A DNA stretch of 28,357 bases from Thermomicrobiales bacterium (GCA_050695955.1 JBOGUE010000430.1:1-28357), one strand, 5' to 3'. Shown: positions 5,721 to 16,086, counted from the first letter of the stretch. The notes: generated by a model from the letters alone, not told the origin. Numbers and translations are program-made.

Positions 5721-7964
5721 ATGGCTTCGCTGTTTTCGACCGGTGGGTTGGCGCGGGCGAGTGCCCGGCGGCCCTGGCGGGTGATTGGCTTATGGATCGC
5801 GTTCCTCGTTGTTGCCGCAATGTTGGCCCCGACGCTGAGCGACGCGCTGACGGGTGAGTTTAAGCTGACCGACTCGCCCGAGTCGGTGCGCGGCGACGAG
5901 ATTCTGGAAGAGCGGCTGCGTGGACCGCGGCCGATGACCGAGACGATTATCGTCCGGTCCGATAGCTACACGGTTGACGACGCCGAGTTCCGGGCGACCG
6001 TCGACGGGGTGATGGCCGAGCTGAAGGGCTTGCCCGAGATCGTCAAGTCGGCCACCAGCTACTACACGACCTACAACCCGGCGCGCGTCTCCGAAGACCG
6101 GCAGACGATGATGATCCCGGTGACGCTAGTCGGCGAGTACGACGACGTGACCGACCACGCCGAGGAGTATCTGGCAGCGCTGGATCGCGCCGCGAATGAC
6201 TCGGCAATCGAAGTCCTCTCCGTCGGCGACTCCACGATGAACGACGAGTTGAACACAATCGCCGAGGAGGACCTGGCCAAGGGCGAGGGCATCGGCGTGC
6301 TGGTCGCGTTGGTGATCCTGGTCGTCGTCTTCGGCGCGCTGGTCGCGGCCGGACTGCCGCTGGTGCTGGGGATCGTCTCGGTCTTCATTGCGATTGGCTT
6401 GGCGGCCGTCGTCGGTCGCTTCATGGAACTCTCCTTCTTCGTGCAGAATATGATTACGATGATCGGCCTGGCGGTCGGCGTCGACTACGCGCTCTTCGTC
6501 GTCGAGCGCTACCGCGAGGAGCGCCGGCGAGGCCTGAACCGATACGATGCGATCGAGATCGCCGGCGGCACGGCCAGCAAGGCGGTCCTCTTTTCCGGCG
6601 GTACCGTCGTCTTCGCCCTGATGGGCATGTTCCTGGTGCCGAACAATATCTTCCAAAGCCTCGGCATCGGCGCCGTCCTTGTCGTCGTCGTCGCCATCTT
6701 CGCCACGCTGACCCTGATCCCGGCGATGCTCGGATTACTCGGCGACAAGGTCGACTGGCCTCGGCGCAGGCGACAGGCGACAGGCGACGGGCGACAGAAA
6801 AGCGTGCTGGGCACTGGGCACTCGGCACTGGGCACTCGGGGCTTCTGGGCGCGGGTGGCGCGGATTGTGATAGCGCGCCCCGTGGTGAGCCTGGTTGCAT
6901 CGGTGACCTTATTGGTGGTGATGGCGCTGCCATATCTCGACGTCACGGAAGGATCGCTGGGCGTCTCCGGGTTGCCGGATGGGACGAAAAGCGGGGCGGC
7001 CTACGAGATCCTGGTCGAGGACTTCGCCGCTGGCACGGTTTCGCCCGTCGAGATCGTGGTCGATGGCAACGCCGCCGACCCGACTGTCCAGGCGGGCATC
7101 CAGAACCTCACCCAAGCGCTGGCCGCCAACGGCCGCTTCGGTCCGACGACAGTGAGTGCAAATGACGCCGGCGACGTGACCCTTGTCGCGGTTCCCATGA
7201 CACTCGCACCGGACAGTCCGGAGGCGTACGCGCTCATCGAACACCTCCGCGATGCAACGGTCCCGGCCGCGTTCGAAGGGGTTCCGGCCGAGGTGCTGGT
7301 GACGGGCATGACGGCGATGACAACTGATTCGACCAACAGCGTTGAACATGCGATGCCGATCGTCTTCGCTTTCGTCCTCGGTCTCAGCTTCCTGCTCTTG
7401 CTGGTCGCCTTCCGCTCGATCGTGGTGCCGGCGAAGGCAATCATGATGAACCTGCTTTCGGTCGGCGCCGCCTACGGCCTGATCGTGGCGGTCTTCCAGA
7501 AGGGCTGGGGGGCGGATCTCCTCGGCTTCCAGACGGTGCCGGCGATCGAGAGCTGGCTGCCGCTCTTCCTCTTCTGCGTCCTCTTCGGGTTGAGCATGGA
7601 CTACCACGTCTTCCTGCTGAGCCGGATCAAGGAGCATTACGATTTGAGCAAGAACAACACCGAGTCGGTGGCGGTCGGGTTGCAGTCGACGGCGCGGATC
7701 ATCACCGGCGCGGCGGCGATCATGCTCGCGGTCTTCGGTGGGTTCGCGGCCGGGCGGCTGGTCTTCATGCAGCAGATGGGCTTCGGCCTGGCGATCGCGG
7801 TCCTGATCGACGCCACGATCGTGCGCTCGGTCCTTGTCCCCGCGGCGATGACGCTGCTGGGCGACCGCAACTGGTATCTGCCGCGCTGGCTGAGCTGGCT
7901 GCCAAACCTGCACATCGAGGGAGCGCCGGCCGCGGCGCCGGTCTCGACGAGCGGGGACGACTAG
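5721..7964 (+). CDS. MMPL family (RND superfamily) transporter
   Basis: Two MMPL repeats with GLAVGVDYALF..RYREE and LFGLSMDYHVFLLSRIKE; C-terminal DATIVRSVLVPAAM..LG.RNWYLP; GGGAGG SD. Confidence 0.95.
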   Translation: MASLFSTGGLARASARRPWRVIGLWIAFLVVAAMLAPTLSDALTGEFKLTDSPESVRGDEILEERLRGPRPMTETIIVRSDSYTVDDAEFRATVDGVMAELKGLPEIVKSATSYYTTYNPARVSEDRQTMMIPVTLVGEYDDVTDHAEEYLAALDRAANDSAIEVLSVGDSTMNDELNTIAEEDLAKGEGIGVLVALVILVVVFGALVAAGLPLVLGIVSVFIAIGLAAVVGRFMELSFFVQNMITMIGLAVGVDYALFVVERYREERRRGLNRYDAIEIAGGTASKAVLFSGGTVVFALMGMFLVPNNIFQSLGIGAVLVVVVAIFATLTLIPAMLGLLGDKVDWPRRRRQATGDGRQKSVLGTGHSALGTRGFWARVARIVIARPVVSLVASVTLLVVMALPYLDVTEGSLGVSGLPDGTKSGAAYEILVEDFAAGTVSPVEIVVDGNAADPTVQAGIQNLTQALAANGRFGPTTVSANDAGDVTLVAVPMTLAPDSPEAYALIEHLRDATVPAAFEGVPAEVLVTGMTAMTTDSTNSVEHAMPIVFAFVLGLSFLLLLVAFRSIVVPAKAIMMNLLSVGAAYGLIVAVFQKGWGADLLGFQTVPAIESWLPLFLFCVLFGLSMDYHVFLLSRIKEHYDLSKNNTESVAVGLQSTARIITGAAAIMLAVFGGFAAGRLVFMQQMGFGLAIAVLIDATIVRSVLVPAAMTLLGDRNWYLPRWLSWLPNLHIEGAPAAAPVSTSGDD
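6768..6836. repeat. Two heptamer arrays (AGGCGAC-type x4, GGGCACT-type x4) in frame inside the MMPL central linker
   Basis: Encode RQATGDGRQKSVLGTGHSALGT. 6775-6800 is identical to 26442-26467. Confidence 0.85.
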
Positions 7965-7982
7965 GCTTTCGGGTGGGCAGAT

Positions 7983-10900
7983 TCATCCCGCCAGTTCGTG
8001 TTCGACGGCCCAGACGGAGAGCTCAGTGCGGTTGCTGCAGAGGGTTTTGCCGAGCATGTTGCGGATATGGGCGTTGACGGTGCGCGGGCTGACGTAGAGC
8101 TCCTCGCTGATTTGGCGGTCGGAGTAGCCGCGGGCCACCAGGCGGACCACGTCGACCTCACGGTCGGTCAGTCCGGCCGGTCGTTCCTTCGCGGGACGAC
8201 CGGCGCCGCGGAGGCGGGTCAACGCCTCAGTAGCTGTCCGATCCCAGGGGTGCATCCCGAGCTGGCGGAACGACGCCTGCGCCGCGACGAGCAAAGCCTC
8301 GGCGCGTTCGACGTCGGGGGTTGAAGCACGAAGGAGCGCCGTCGCCTGATCGAGATCGGTCATCGCCCGCATCGGTGCCTGACCGGACCCGTCCAGGACC
8401 GTCCGCGCCCGGTCGAAGTAGGTCGCCGCTTCGGCGGTGCGGCCGAGCAGGGTGGCCATGCGGGCGGCGGTCAACTCATTCGAGAATCCGGGAAAGTCGC
8501 CGTTGCCGTACTCGATGAGGCCGATGGCGCCGACCCGCACGACCTCCGCGTATTCGCGCATCCCCATGGTCCAAATCGCCGCGCCGGCCGCGCCGACCGC
8601 GCCATTGAGGAGCCACAGGGTCGGTTCCATGCGGGCGATGACCGGCACCAGATCGTCCAGGAGCGACCGCGCCGCGTCGCTCTCGCCGGCCCGCAGATTG
8701 GCTAATGCGGCAAGTCCAGCATCGTCGAGTCCGATTGAGCGTGTGCCGAGGGAAGGATCGGCGACGTAGCGCGTCCAATAGGCGGCGATCGGTCGCCAAT
8801 CACCGCCGAGGAACTCGGCGCGCAAGGCGTCGATCCAGGCGGCGCTGCCGTGCAGGCGGTGGTCCGGACCGAGGCGGGCGACCATCTCCCGCGCCCGGCG
8901 ATGGGTTTCCCGCGCTTCGTCGAAATGACCGAGTGCGGTCCGGGCAATGGTCAGGCGGACCAACGCCTCGGCCTGACCGGGAACCGAGCCGTATCGCTCG
9001 GAGGCGACGAGCAACTCCTCGAAGTGGACGATGCCGCGGCGGAGGTTGCTATGGTGATAGAGCCAGTCAGCTCCGCCGACGACGAGCGCGCGGATGATCG
9101 CGGTCGGTTGCTGCCAGGTTTGGACCCGCGCCAGCAGTTCCTCGGTCCAGTCGCGGCTCCACCAGTCCCACGGTTGGAGGGAGCGGGCGAAGTCGTCCTC
9201 GGTTCCTTTCGAGCGGGCGATGCCGATCGCCCGCTGACTTGTGCCCAGCCAGCGCGCCCCGTTGATGGCGCCGCTGACGACAGGTTCGAACCGTTCGATC
9301 AGGAGGGTCAGCCGCGCCCAGGTCAGCTCGTCCTCCTCGGGCACGATCTCAAGACCACGGTCGACCAGGGGCCGCCAGGCGTCGCGGCGGGCGCCGCCGT
9401 CGCGGATCGCCGTGGCCGCCGCGGCGAGGAAGGACGCCACCTGGCTGGGCGACGCCTCAAGCTCCTCAAGCGCCGCCAGCGCCTCATCGGCGGTGCTCCG
9501 GGCGTCTTCGAGCATCAGCGCGTCGGCTTCGGCAACGGCGAGCAAGCCGAGGATCTCGGCCCGCTGTTCCGGGCCGCCGTGCCGAGCGATGTCGCGTGCG
9601 ATTCGCAGAAACGTGACCACCCGCTCGCGCGCGAATCCGCGCCGGGCCTGTTCCGCGGCCGACAGGGCATGCGGCAGGCCGCGCTCGCCGCCGGGGAGGC
9701 TGAGGGAGGCGTGGTAGTGGACAGCGAGCTCGGCCACGTGCTCGCGCTCCCGCCCCTGGTAGACCCGCTCCAGAGCCTCGGCCAGCTTGCGGTGCAGGCG
9801 CACCCGGCGGGAAGGATTCCACGCTTCGTAGAGGGCGTGACGCACAATAGCGTGGACGAAGTCGTAGGTCTCCAGCTTGCCGGGCACAGCTTGGATGAGG
9901 CGGGCCGCCAACGCCTCGTCGATCGCGTCGAGCAGGGCGTCTTCGGGCAGACCGGTGAGGGCGGCGAGGACGTTGAAGTCGAACCCGCCGGTACAGACCG
10001 CGGCTTGGGTGAGGAGGCGCTCACCATCTTGTGAGAGGCGCGCGAAGCGGCGCCCGACGACCTGGCGCACCCCCTCCGGGATGCCGAGCTCGGTCAAGTC
10101 GAGCCGCCCGCTCCAATCGTCGCGTCCGTTGTCCAGCCGGCCTTCTTCCGCCAGATGGCGCGTCAGTTCGGCCATGAAGAAGGGGTTGCCGCTGGTCTCG
10201 GCATGGATCGCGCGGACGAGTGCCGGCGGCACCGGTCGCGGGGCGACCGATTCGAGGAGGTCGCTGGCTTCGCGTTCGCTGAGACCGCGCATCGAGAGCC
10301 GGAGCGAGGAGCGCTCTCGCTGCAACGTGCCCAGGAAGTCGGTGAGGGGGTGATCGTGACGGAGCGGCAAATCGCGGTAGGTGCCGACGACCAGGAGCGG
10401 TGTCGCCTCGATGAAACGGGCGAGGAAGGCAAGGAGGTTGAGCGAGGCGCGGTCGGCCCATTGCAGATCATCGAAGACGATCAGGAGCGGCGAGGCGGCG
10501 GAAGCCGCGAGCAGGAATTGGGTTGCCGCATCGAAGAGGCGGAACTGCTCCTCGGCAGGTCCGAGCGGGGCCGGCGACGGGAGGTCAGGCAGGGCGGCGC
10601 TGATTCTCGGCACAAGCCGCGCCAGTGGCGGCGCCCCCTGACCGAGCGCGGGTCGCAGATCCTCAGGTGGGAGGTCGCCGGCAATGGCATCCAGGATATC
10701 GACCCAGGCCGCGTACGGCGGAGACCACTCGCCCTCGAAGCAACGGCCCCATTGAACCTGGACGCCGCGCGCGGCCGCCTGGAAGGCCATTTCCTCGGCA
10801 ATACGGGTCTTGCCGATGCCCGGTTCGCCATTGACGACGACGATGCTGCCCTGGCCCGCAACGGCGGCATCCAGCCGCTTGAGCAGCAAATCGAGCTCGA

Positions 10901-11003
10901 CGGCACGACCGACAAAGCGGTCGCGTGCCGGCGCGGCGAGGTAGACTCGCGCGGCCGCCCGGGCGATTGGTGCGGTAGGGTTCAGTTGGGACGAGGGCAC
11001 CAC
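7983..11003 (-). CDS. AAA-ATPase / LuxR-HTH large transcriptional regulator
   Basis: FVGR..EL, Walker A GEPGIGKT, FDDLQWAD, SGNPFF, and C-terminal LTDREVDVVRLVARGYSDRQISEELYVSPRTVNAH. Confidence 0.93.
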   Translation of the reverse strand: MVPSSQLNPTAPIARAAARVYLAAPARDRFVGRAVELDLLLKRLDAAVAGQGSIVVVNGEPGIGKTRIAEEMAFQAAARGVQVQWGRCFEGEWSPPYAAWVDILDAIAGDLPPEDLRPALGQGAPPLARLVPRISAALPDLPSPAPLGPAEEQFRLFDAATQFLLAASAASPLLIVFDDLQWADRASLNLLAFLARFIEATPLLVVGTYRDLPLRHDHPLTDFLGTLQRERSSLRLSMRGLSEREASDLLESVAPRPVPPALVRAIHAETSGNPFFMAELTRHLAEEGRLDNGRDDWSGRLDLTELGIPEGVRQVVGRRFARLSQDGERLLTQAAVCTGGFDFNVLAALTGLPEDALLDAIDEALAARLIQAVPGKLETYDFVHAIVRHALYEAWNPSRRVRLHRKLAEALERVYQGREREHVAELAVHYHASLSLPGGERGLPHALSAAEQARRGFARERVVTFLRIARDIARHGGPEQRAEILGLLAVAEADALMLEDARSTADEALAALEELEASPSQVASFLAAAATAIRDGGARRDAWRPLVDRGLEIVPEEDELTWARLTLLIERFEPVVSGAINGARWLGTSQRAIGIARSKGTEDDFARSLQPWDWWSRDWTEELLARVQTWQQPTAIIRALVVGGADWLYHHSNLRRGIVHFEELLVASERYGSVPGQAEALVRLTIARTALGHFDEARETHRRAREMVARLGPDHRLHGSAAWIDALRAEFLGGDWRPIAAYWTRYVADPSLGTRSIGLDDAGLAALANLRAGESDAARSLLDDLVPVIARMEPTLWLLNGAVGAAGAAIWTMGMREYAEVVRVGAIGLIEYGNGDFPGFSNELTAARMATLLGRTAEAATYFDRARTVLDGSGQAPMRAMTDLDQATALLRASTPDVERAEALLVAAQASFRQLGMHPWDRTATEALTRLRGAGRPAKERPAGLTDREVDVVRLVARGYSDRQISEELYVSPRTVNAHIRNMLGKTLCSNRTELSVWAVEHELAG

Positions 11004-11188
11004 CGGCGCTCCGGCGCCGCCAGCCGTCGAGGCACCATCGACCGAAACGCCCGATGCGCACGGTCGTTTTGTACATGCCAGGGTCCCAGGTGTGGCGGCA
11101 GCGCCGTTCGCAGCCTACGCCGCCCCCCTGGTGCTGTCAACGGATCGAGGGTGTCGTCTTCATTAAAGGCTCATGGACGCTCCGCTGC

Positions 11189-11223
11189 TTGCGCGGCAAG
11201 TCGTTATGTGAAATAATTCACAA
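11189..11223 (+). promoter_or_regulatory. ndh promoter (TTGCGC-N17-AATAAT) overlapped by Rex operator ATGTGAAATAATTCACAA (11206-11223)
   Basis: One mismatch from the Rex consensus TTGTGAA-N4-TTCACAA, directly upstream of ndh. Confidence 0.8.
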
Positions 11224-11290
11224 AGACGGGGCGGTGCGGTTAGCCGCGAACACCGGCGCGGCCCGAAACGCAACAGAGGGAGCAATGACC

Positions 11291-12589
11291 ATGACCAACT
11301 ACGACACGAGCACAAAAACCTCCACTGGTCGCCCGCACGTCGTCATCGTCGGCGGCGGCTTCGGTGGATTGAACGCGGCGCGGGCGCTGAAGGACGCACC
11401 GGTGGAGGTGACGGTCGTCGATCGCCGCAATCACCACCTCTTCCAGCCGCTCCTCTATCAGGTCGCCACCGCCTCCCTCTCACCGGCCGACATCGCTTCG
11501 CCGATCCGTTCCGTGCTGCGCAAGCAGAAGAACGTCAAGGTGTTACTGGCGGAAGCACGCGCGGTCGACGTCGAGCGACGGGAAGTCGTCCTCGACCACG
11601 GCGGACGCCTGGAGTACGACTACCTGATCCTGGCGGCGGGCGCCCGCCGATCCTCCTACTTCGGGCACGACGAGTGGGAAGAGTTCGCGCCTGGACTCAA
11701 GACGTTGGAAGACGCACTCGCCATCCGGCGGCGGATCCTCCTCTCCTTCGAGGAAGCGGAGCGGGCGGAGGACGAGGCGACGCGGCAGCGTTTGCTCACC
11801 TTCGTCGTCGTCGGCGGCGGGCCGACCGGCGCGGAGTTGGCCGGGGCAATCGGCGAGATCGCCCGTTACAGCTTGGCGCGCGACTTCGACACGATCGATC
11901 CTCGCACCGCCCGGATCTACCTGCTGGAGGCGGGTCCTCGCGTCATGCCGATGTACCCAGAAAAGCTCGCCGCAAAGGCGGAGGAGTTCCTCATGGAACT
12001 TGGGGTGACGGTGCGAACCGGCGCGATGGTGACCGCGGTCGAGCCGGACGGGGTGCGCCTGGGCGAGGAGAGAATCGCCGCGAACACGATGATCTGGGCC
12101 GCGGGGGTCACGGCGGCATCGATCGGGAAGACGCTCGGCGTCGAGGTGGATCGGTCCGGGCGCGTTGCCGTGCAGTCCGATCTGACGATTCCGGGGCACC
12201 CCGAGGTCTTTGTGGTCGGCGACTTGGCGGCGATGTCCGGCAAGGACGGCACGCCCTTGCCCGGCATGGCCCCGGTCGCCCTGCAGCAGGGTCGACACGC
12301 GGCGGCGAACATCGTGCATGCCATCGCCGGTGAGCCGATGGCCGCGTTCCAGTACAAGGACCGGGGCACCCTGGCCACGATTGGTCGCAACCGCGCAATC
12401 GCCGACATCGGTCCGGCCAAGCTCTCTGGATTCATCGCCTGGATGGCCTGGCTCTTCATCCACATCATCAATTTGATCGGTTTCCGCAATCGCGCGGTGG
12501 TGATGGTCCACTGGCTCTGGTCCTACCTGACCTTCCAGCGCGGTGCCCGGTTGATCACCGGCCCCTCACCGACGGATGAGGCGATGTAG
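11291..12589 (+). CDS. ndh: Type II NADH dehydrogenase
   Basis: VVIVGGGFGG, NHHLFQPLLYQVAT, VVVGGGPTGAELAG, WAAGV, VFVVGD, F.YKDRGTLATIGR. Start at 11291 or 11285 after GAGGGAG. Confidence 0.95.
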   Translation: MTNYDTSTKTSTGRPHVVIVGGGFGGLNAARALKDAPVEVTVVDRRNHHLFQPLLYQVATASLSPADIASPIRSVLRKQKNVKVLLAEARAVDVERREVVLDHGGRLEYDYLILAAGARRSSYFGHDEWEEFAPGLKTLEDALAIRRRILLSFEEAERAEDEATRQRLLTFVVVGGGPTGAELAGAIGEIARYSLARDFDTIDPRTARIYLLEAGPRVMPMYPEKLAAKAEEFLMELGVTVRTGAMVTAVEPDGVRLGEERIAANTMIWAAGVTAASIGKTLGVEVDRSGRVAVQSDLTIPGHPEVFVVGDLAAMSGKDGTPLPGMAPVALQQGRHAAANIVHAIAGEPMAAFQYKDRGTLATIGRNRAIADIGPAKLSGFIAWMAWLFIHIINLIGFRNRAVVMVHWLWSYLTFQRGARLITGPSPTDEAM

Positions 12590-12614
12590 GGGCTAGGGGC
12601 TAGGGGCTAGGGGC
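12587..12614. repeat. Heptamer array (TAGGGGC)x4
   Basis: Four perfect copies beginning at the ndh TAG stop. Confidence 0.9.
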
Positions 12615-12697
12615 CTATGCCCCATGGGCTGGTTGACGGGTGGGGCGTCTCGCTTCCATCATGGGGATGGTGGAACTCGCGCGAGAAGGCGGTCGAC

Positions 12698-14682
12698 ATG
12701 CTTCTCAGCCAATCGGCGCTCCCGACGCCTGGCCTCGCCCATTCGCTCCCCAACCCGCGGACGACGCTGGTTGGGCGAGAGGGTGAGCTGGACGCCGCGC
12801 GCGGTCTCCTTCAGCGGGACGACGTGCCGCTGCTGACGCTGACCGGACCGGGAGGCGTCGGCAAGACGCGCCTGGCCATCGCGCTGGCGTGGAGCCTCGT
12901 CGAGGACTTTCCCGACGGTGTTGCCTTCGTCCGGCTCGCCGACGTGTCACAGCCCTCGCTCGTTCCGATCAACATCGCCCAGGCGCTTGGCATTCGCGCG
13001 GAGGCCGACCGTTCGCCCGAGGCGGCCCTGGCCGACGAACTGCGTGACCGGCGAACTCTCCTCGTGCTCGATAACTTCGAGCAGGTTTCGCCCGCCGCGA
13101 CGTTGGTTGCCAATCCGCTCGGAGCCGCGCCAGGGGTCAAGGCGGTCGTCACGAGCCGCCTCCCACTTCACATTCAGGGCGAGCACGAGATGGCGGTCGA
13201 TCCGCTCCACGTACCTCGCATCGGTGGTCCACGACGACCGACCGCGACGGAGGTTGGCGGTTCTCCCGCCGTGGACCTCTTCTTGCAGCGTGCGAGCGCG
13301 GTCAATCCGGCGCTGCGCCTAACCGACCAGAACGCACTGGTCATCGCCGAGATCCGCGCCCGGCTCGACGGCCTGCCGCTTGCCATCGAGCTGGCGGCGG
13401 CCCGCTGCAAGCTTCTTTCGCCAGAAGCCTTGCTGGCCCGCCTCACCAATCGGCTTGCCCTCCTCACCAGCGGCGGTCGCGATTTGCCCGCTCGCCAGCA
13501 AACACTCCGCCATGCGATCGCCTGGAGCTACGACCTCCTCTCCCCCGAAGAACAGACCCTCTTTCGCCGCCTCTCGGTGTTCGCGGGTGGATTCAGCCTC
13601 GACGCTGCCGAAGTTGTGGCGGAAGGCGGGAGGCGGGAGACGGATGACGACGGCACATCCGCCTTCCGCCTTGCAACTCCGCCGCCTTCCGTGCTCGATG
13701 GCGTCGCCGCGCTGGTCGACCACAGCCTCTTGCGGCGGATTGAGCGGGATGGTGACGAACCGCGACTCTTTATGCTGCCGACGATTCGCGAGTATGGAGT
13801 CGAGGAACTTGCCGCGCGGGAGGAAGAGCATGCGGCACGGACGGCGCACGCCGCCCACTACGTCGGACTGGCGCATGCAGCGGCCGGGCACCTGACCGGC
13901 GCCGAGGAGGGCCGGTGGCTCGGACGGATTCATCTACAAGCCCGCGCACGCTCGCGGGCATCTACAACAACCTCGGGGTCGTCGCCGCCTTTTTGGGCGA
14001 GGGCGAGCAGGCGCAGTGCTTCCAGGAACAGAGTTTGGCGCTCAATCAGGAACTCGGCACGCGCTCGGACGCCGCCGGCAATCTGGACAACCTGGCGCAC
14101 GTGGCCTGCTTGCGCGGAGAAGCGAGCCGGGCCGCCGAACTCACCATCGAGGCGCTGAGCATCTACCGCGACATCGACCATCGCGGCGGCGTGGCCGACA
14201 CGCTCGCGACCGGCGCCGAAGTCGCCCAGGCGCAAGGAATGCCCGTCGTGGCGGCCCGCCTCCTTGCGGCCGCGGACGCACAACGGACGGAGATTGCCTT
14301 CGTTCCTCCACCATTCCAACAGGATGAAGAGAACGCAATCCTCGCTTGGTGCAAGCAAGAACTTGGAGCGGAGGGCTTCGATGTCGCTGCGAATGAGGGA
14401 AAGGCGGCGTCGATGGAGGAACTCGTCGGTACGATCGAGGGATTGGCCTCGTCGAACGCCGCCACGCCGGCGACGGCCGGTCCGGCGCAGGCGGGGTTAA
14501 CGCCGCGCGAGGTAGAGATTGCACGGCTTCTGGCCGAGGGACTGTCGAACCAGCAGATCGCGGACGCGCTCTCGATCAGCCTACGCACGGCCCAGACGCA
14601 CGTGGCCAACATCCTCAACAAGCTCGGGCTCAGCTCGCGTGCGGCCGTCGCCGCCCATGCCGTGCGCCACGGGATCGTCTAA
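12698..14682 (+). pseudogene. NB-ARC-like ATPase-TPR-LuxR regulator split by an apparent internal deletion/frameshift near 13930-13945
   Basis: The first frame has [35 protein letters not shown] and WSYDLL, and loses family character after RWLGRI. TPR (YNNLG) and LuxR HTH (LTPREVEIARLLAEGLSNQQIA) continue in another frame (13915-14682). Confidence 0.8.
13618..13690. repeat. Inverted pair of heptamer arrays (GGCGGRA... / TCCGCCT...) in frame inside the ATPase-LuxR gene
   Basis: GGCGGAA GGCGGGA GGCGGGA GACGGAT, a spacer, then TCCGCCT TCCGCCT. Encodes [24 protein letters not shown]. Confidence 0.7.
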
Positions 14683-16031
14683 CCGGCGGGCCGGACGAAT
14701 CGGCCGACGGGCGCCGAGACGAATGCGCCGTTTTGGTAGATCGTCGTGCCGCGCAGAAGTGTTCGCACAACTCGTCCACGCAAGGTCCGCCCGACGTATG
14801 GGCTGTGCCGGTGCCGGTCGTGCAGATCGTCGGGCCGCGGCGTGTGTTCCGCACTCAGCTTGACCAGAACCAGGTCGGCGTCGAAGCTTGGCGCAATCCT
14901 CCCTTTGCTGGGGAGGCGAAATCGCCGCGCGGCATTGGCGGCCGTCACCTCCGCGATCCGCGACAGCGGCAGGCCGCGACCATGATGCCCTTCCGACAGC
15001 ATGAGCGGCAACGTCGACTGGATCCCGCTGATGCCGCCCCAAACCTGAAAGAAATCGGCGGACTGCTTCATCGCCGGCGGCGCGGGCGAGTGGTCAGAGG
15101 CAACGATCGCAATCTCGCCGGACTCAAGGCGCCGCCAGAGCGCGTTCCGTTCCATTGCTGAACGGATCGGCGGCGCGCACTTGGCGAGCGCCCCGATCGC
15201 CTCGACGTCCTCCTCGGTGAAGACGAGGTAGTGGGGACACGTCTCGCAGGTGACGTCGACGCCGCGCACTCGCGCCGCCGTCACCAACGCCACGCCCCGG
15301 CCGGTGCTGACGTGGACAATGTGGAGGACGCAACCGGTCTCGTCGGCGAAAAGGATCGCCCGGCCGATTGCCTCCAACTCGGCGATCGCCGGCCGCGAGG
15401 CGAGGTAGTCGCGGACGTTGGTCCTGCCCGTCGCCACGGCGCGCATCGCCAGCCGGCTGGTGATGATATCGCTCTCGGCGTGGACGGCGACGATCAGCCC
15501 GAGGCGGGCCGCGCGCGCCATACCCTCGTAGAGGGTGAGATCGTCGGCGGCCTCGAAGTCGGGCGTGCCGCTTTGGGACATGAACGCCTTGAACCCGACG
15601 ACGCCGCGCTCAGCCAGCTCGTCCAAGCGATCCAGGTTGCCTGGGACCAACCCGCCCCAGAGCGCGAAGTCGGTCATCGATTGGGCCGCCGCGGCGTCCT
15701 GTTTGGCGTCGAAGGACGGCCCGTCGATGGTTGGGGGCAAGGCATTGAGCGGCATCTCGATGCACGTCGTGCCCCCGCCCGCGGCGAACGCCCGACTCCC
15801 GGTTGCCCACCCCTCCCACTCGGTGCGCCCCGGCTCGTTGAAGTGGACGTGCGGGTCCACCACACCGGGGAAGACGTGCAACCCCGTCGCATCGATCTCT
15901 TCGTGCGCGGTCCCGGTGATTTCCGGCTCGACCGCGACGATGCGGCCGCCAGCAATGGCGACATCGGTCGAAACGACGTACTCATCGGTTACGACGGCGC
16001 CGCCGCGAAGCACGATATCGAAATCGTTCAT
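14679..16031 (-). CDS. allB: Allantoinase
   Basis: PGVVDPHVHFNEPGRTEWEG, EMPLNA.P, GFKAFM, VHAES, ETCPHYL, KCAPPIR, SDHSP, WGGISG. Start set at MNDFD (16031). The 3' end overlaps the LuxR stop by 4 nt. Confidence 0.93.
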   Translation of the reverse strand: MNDFDIVLRGGAVVTDEYVVSTDVAIAGGRIVAVEPEITGTAHEEIDATGLHVFPGVVDPHVHFNEPGRTEWEGWATGSRAFAAGGGTTCIEMPLNALPPTIDGPSFDAKQDAAAAQSMTDFALWGGLVPGNLDRLDELAERGVVGFKAFMSQSGTPDFEAADDLTLYEGMARAARLGLIVAVHAESDIITSRLAMRAVATGRTNVRDYLASRPAIAELEAIGRAILFADETGCVLHIVHVSTGRGVALVTAARVRGVDVTCETCPHYLVFTEEDVEAIGALAKCAPPIRSAMERNALWRRLESGEIAIVASDHSPAPPAMKQSADFFQVWGGISGIQSTLPLMLSEGHHGRGLPLSRIAEVTAANAARRFRLPSKGRIAPSFDADLVLVKLSAEHTPRPDDLHDRHRHSPYVGRTLRGRVVRTLLRGTTIYQNGAFVSAPVGRFVRPAG

Positions 16032-16086
16032 ATTCTGCCTTCGCCACGAGTCTCCCCGCCCCCACATGCGACAGAGGGTACACCAA

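Noticed and set aside
11054..11284. ORF-track N-terminal extension of ndh
   Set aside because: It runs through the promoter and Rex site; the SD supports a start at 11285/11291.
13930..13945. Programmed ribosomal frameshift joining the two LuxR-regulator frames
   Set aside because: No slippery heptamer, and conserved coding sequence appears missing at the junction, which fits a deletion better.
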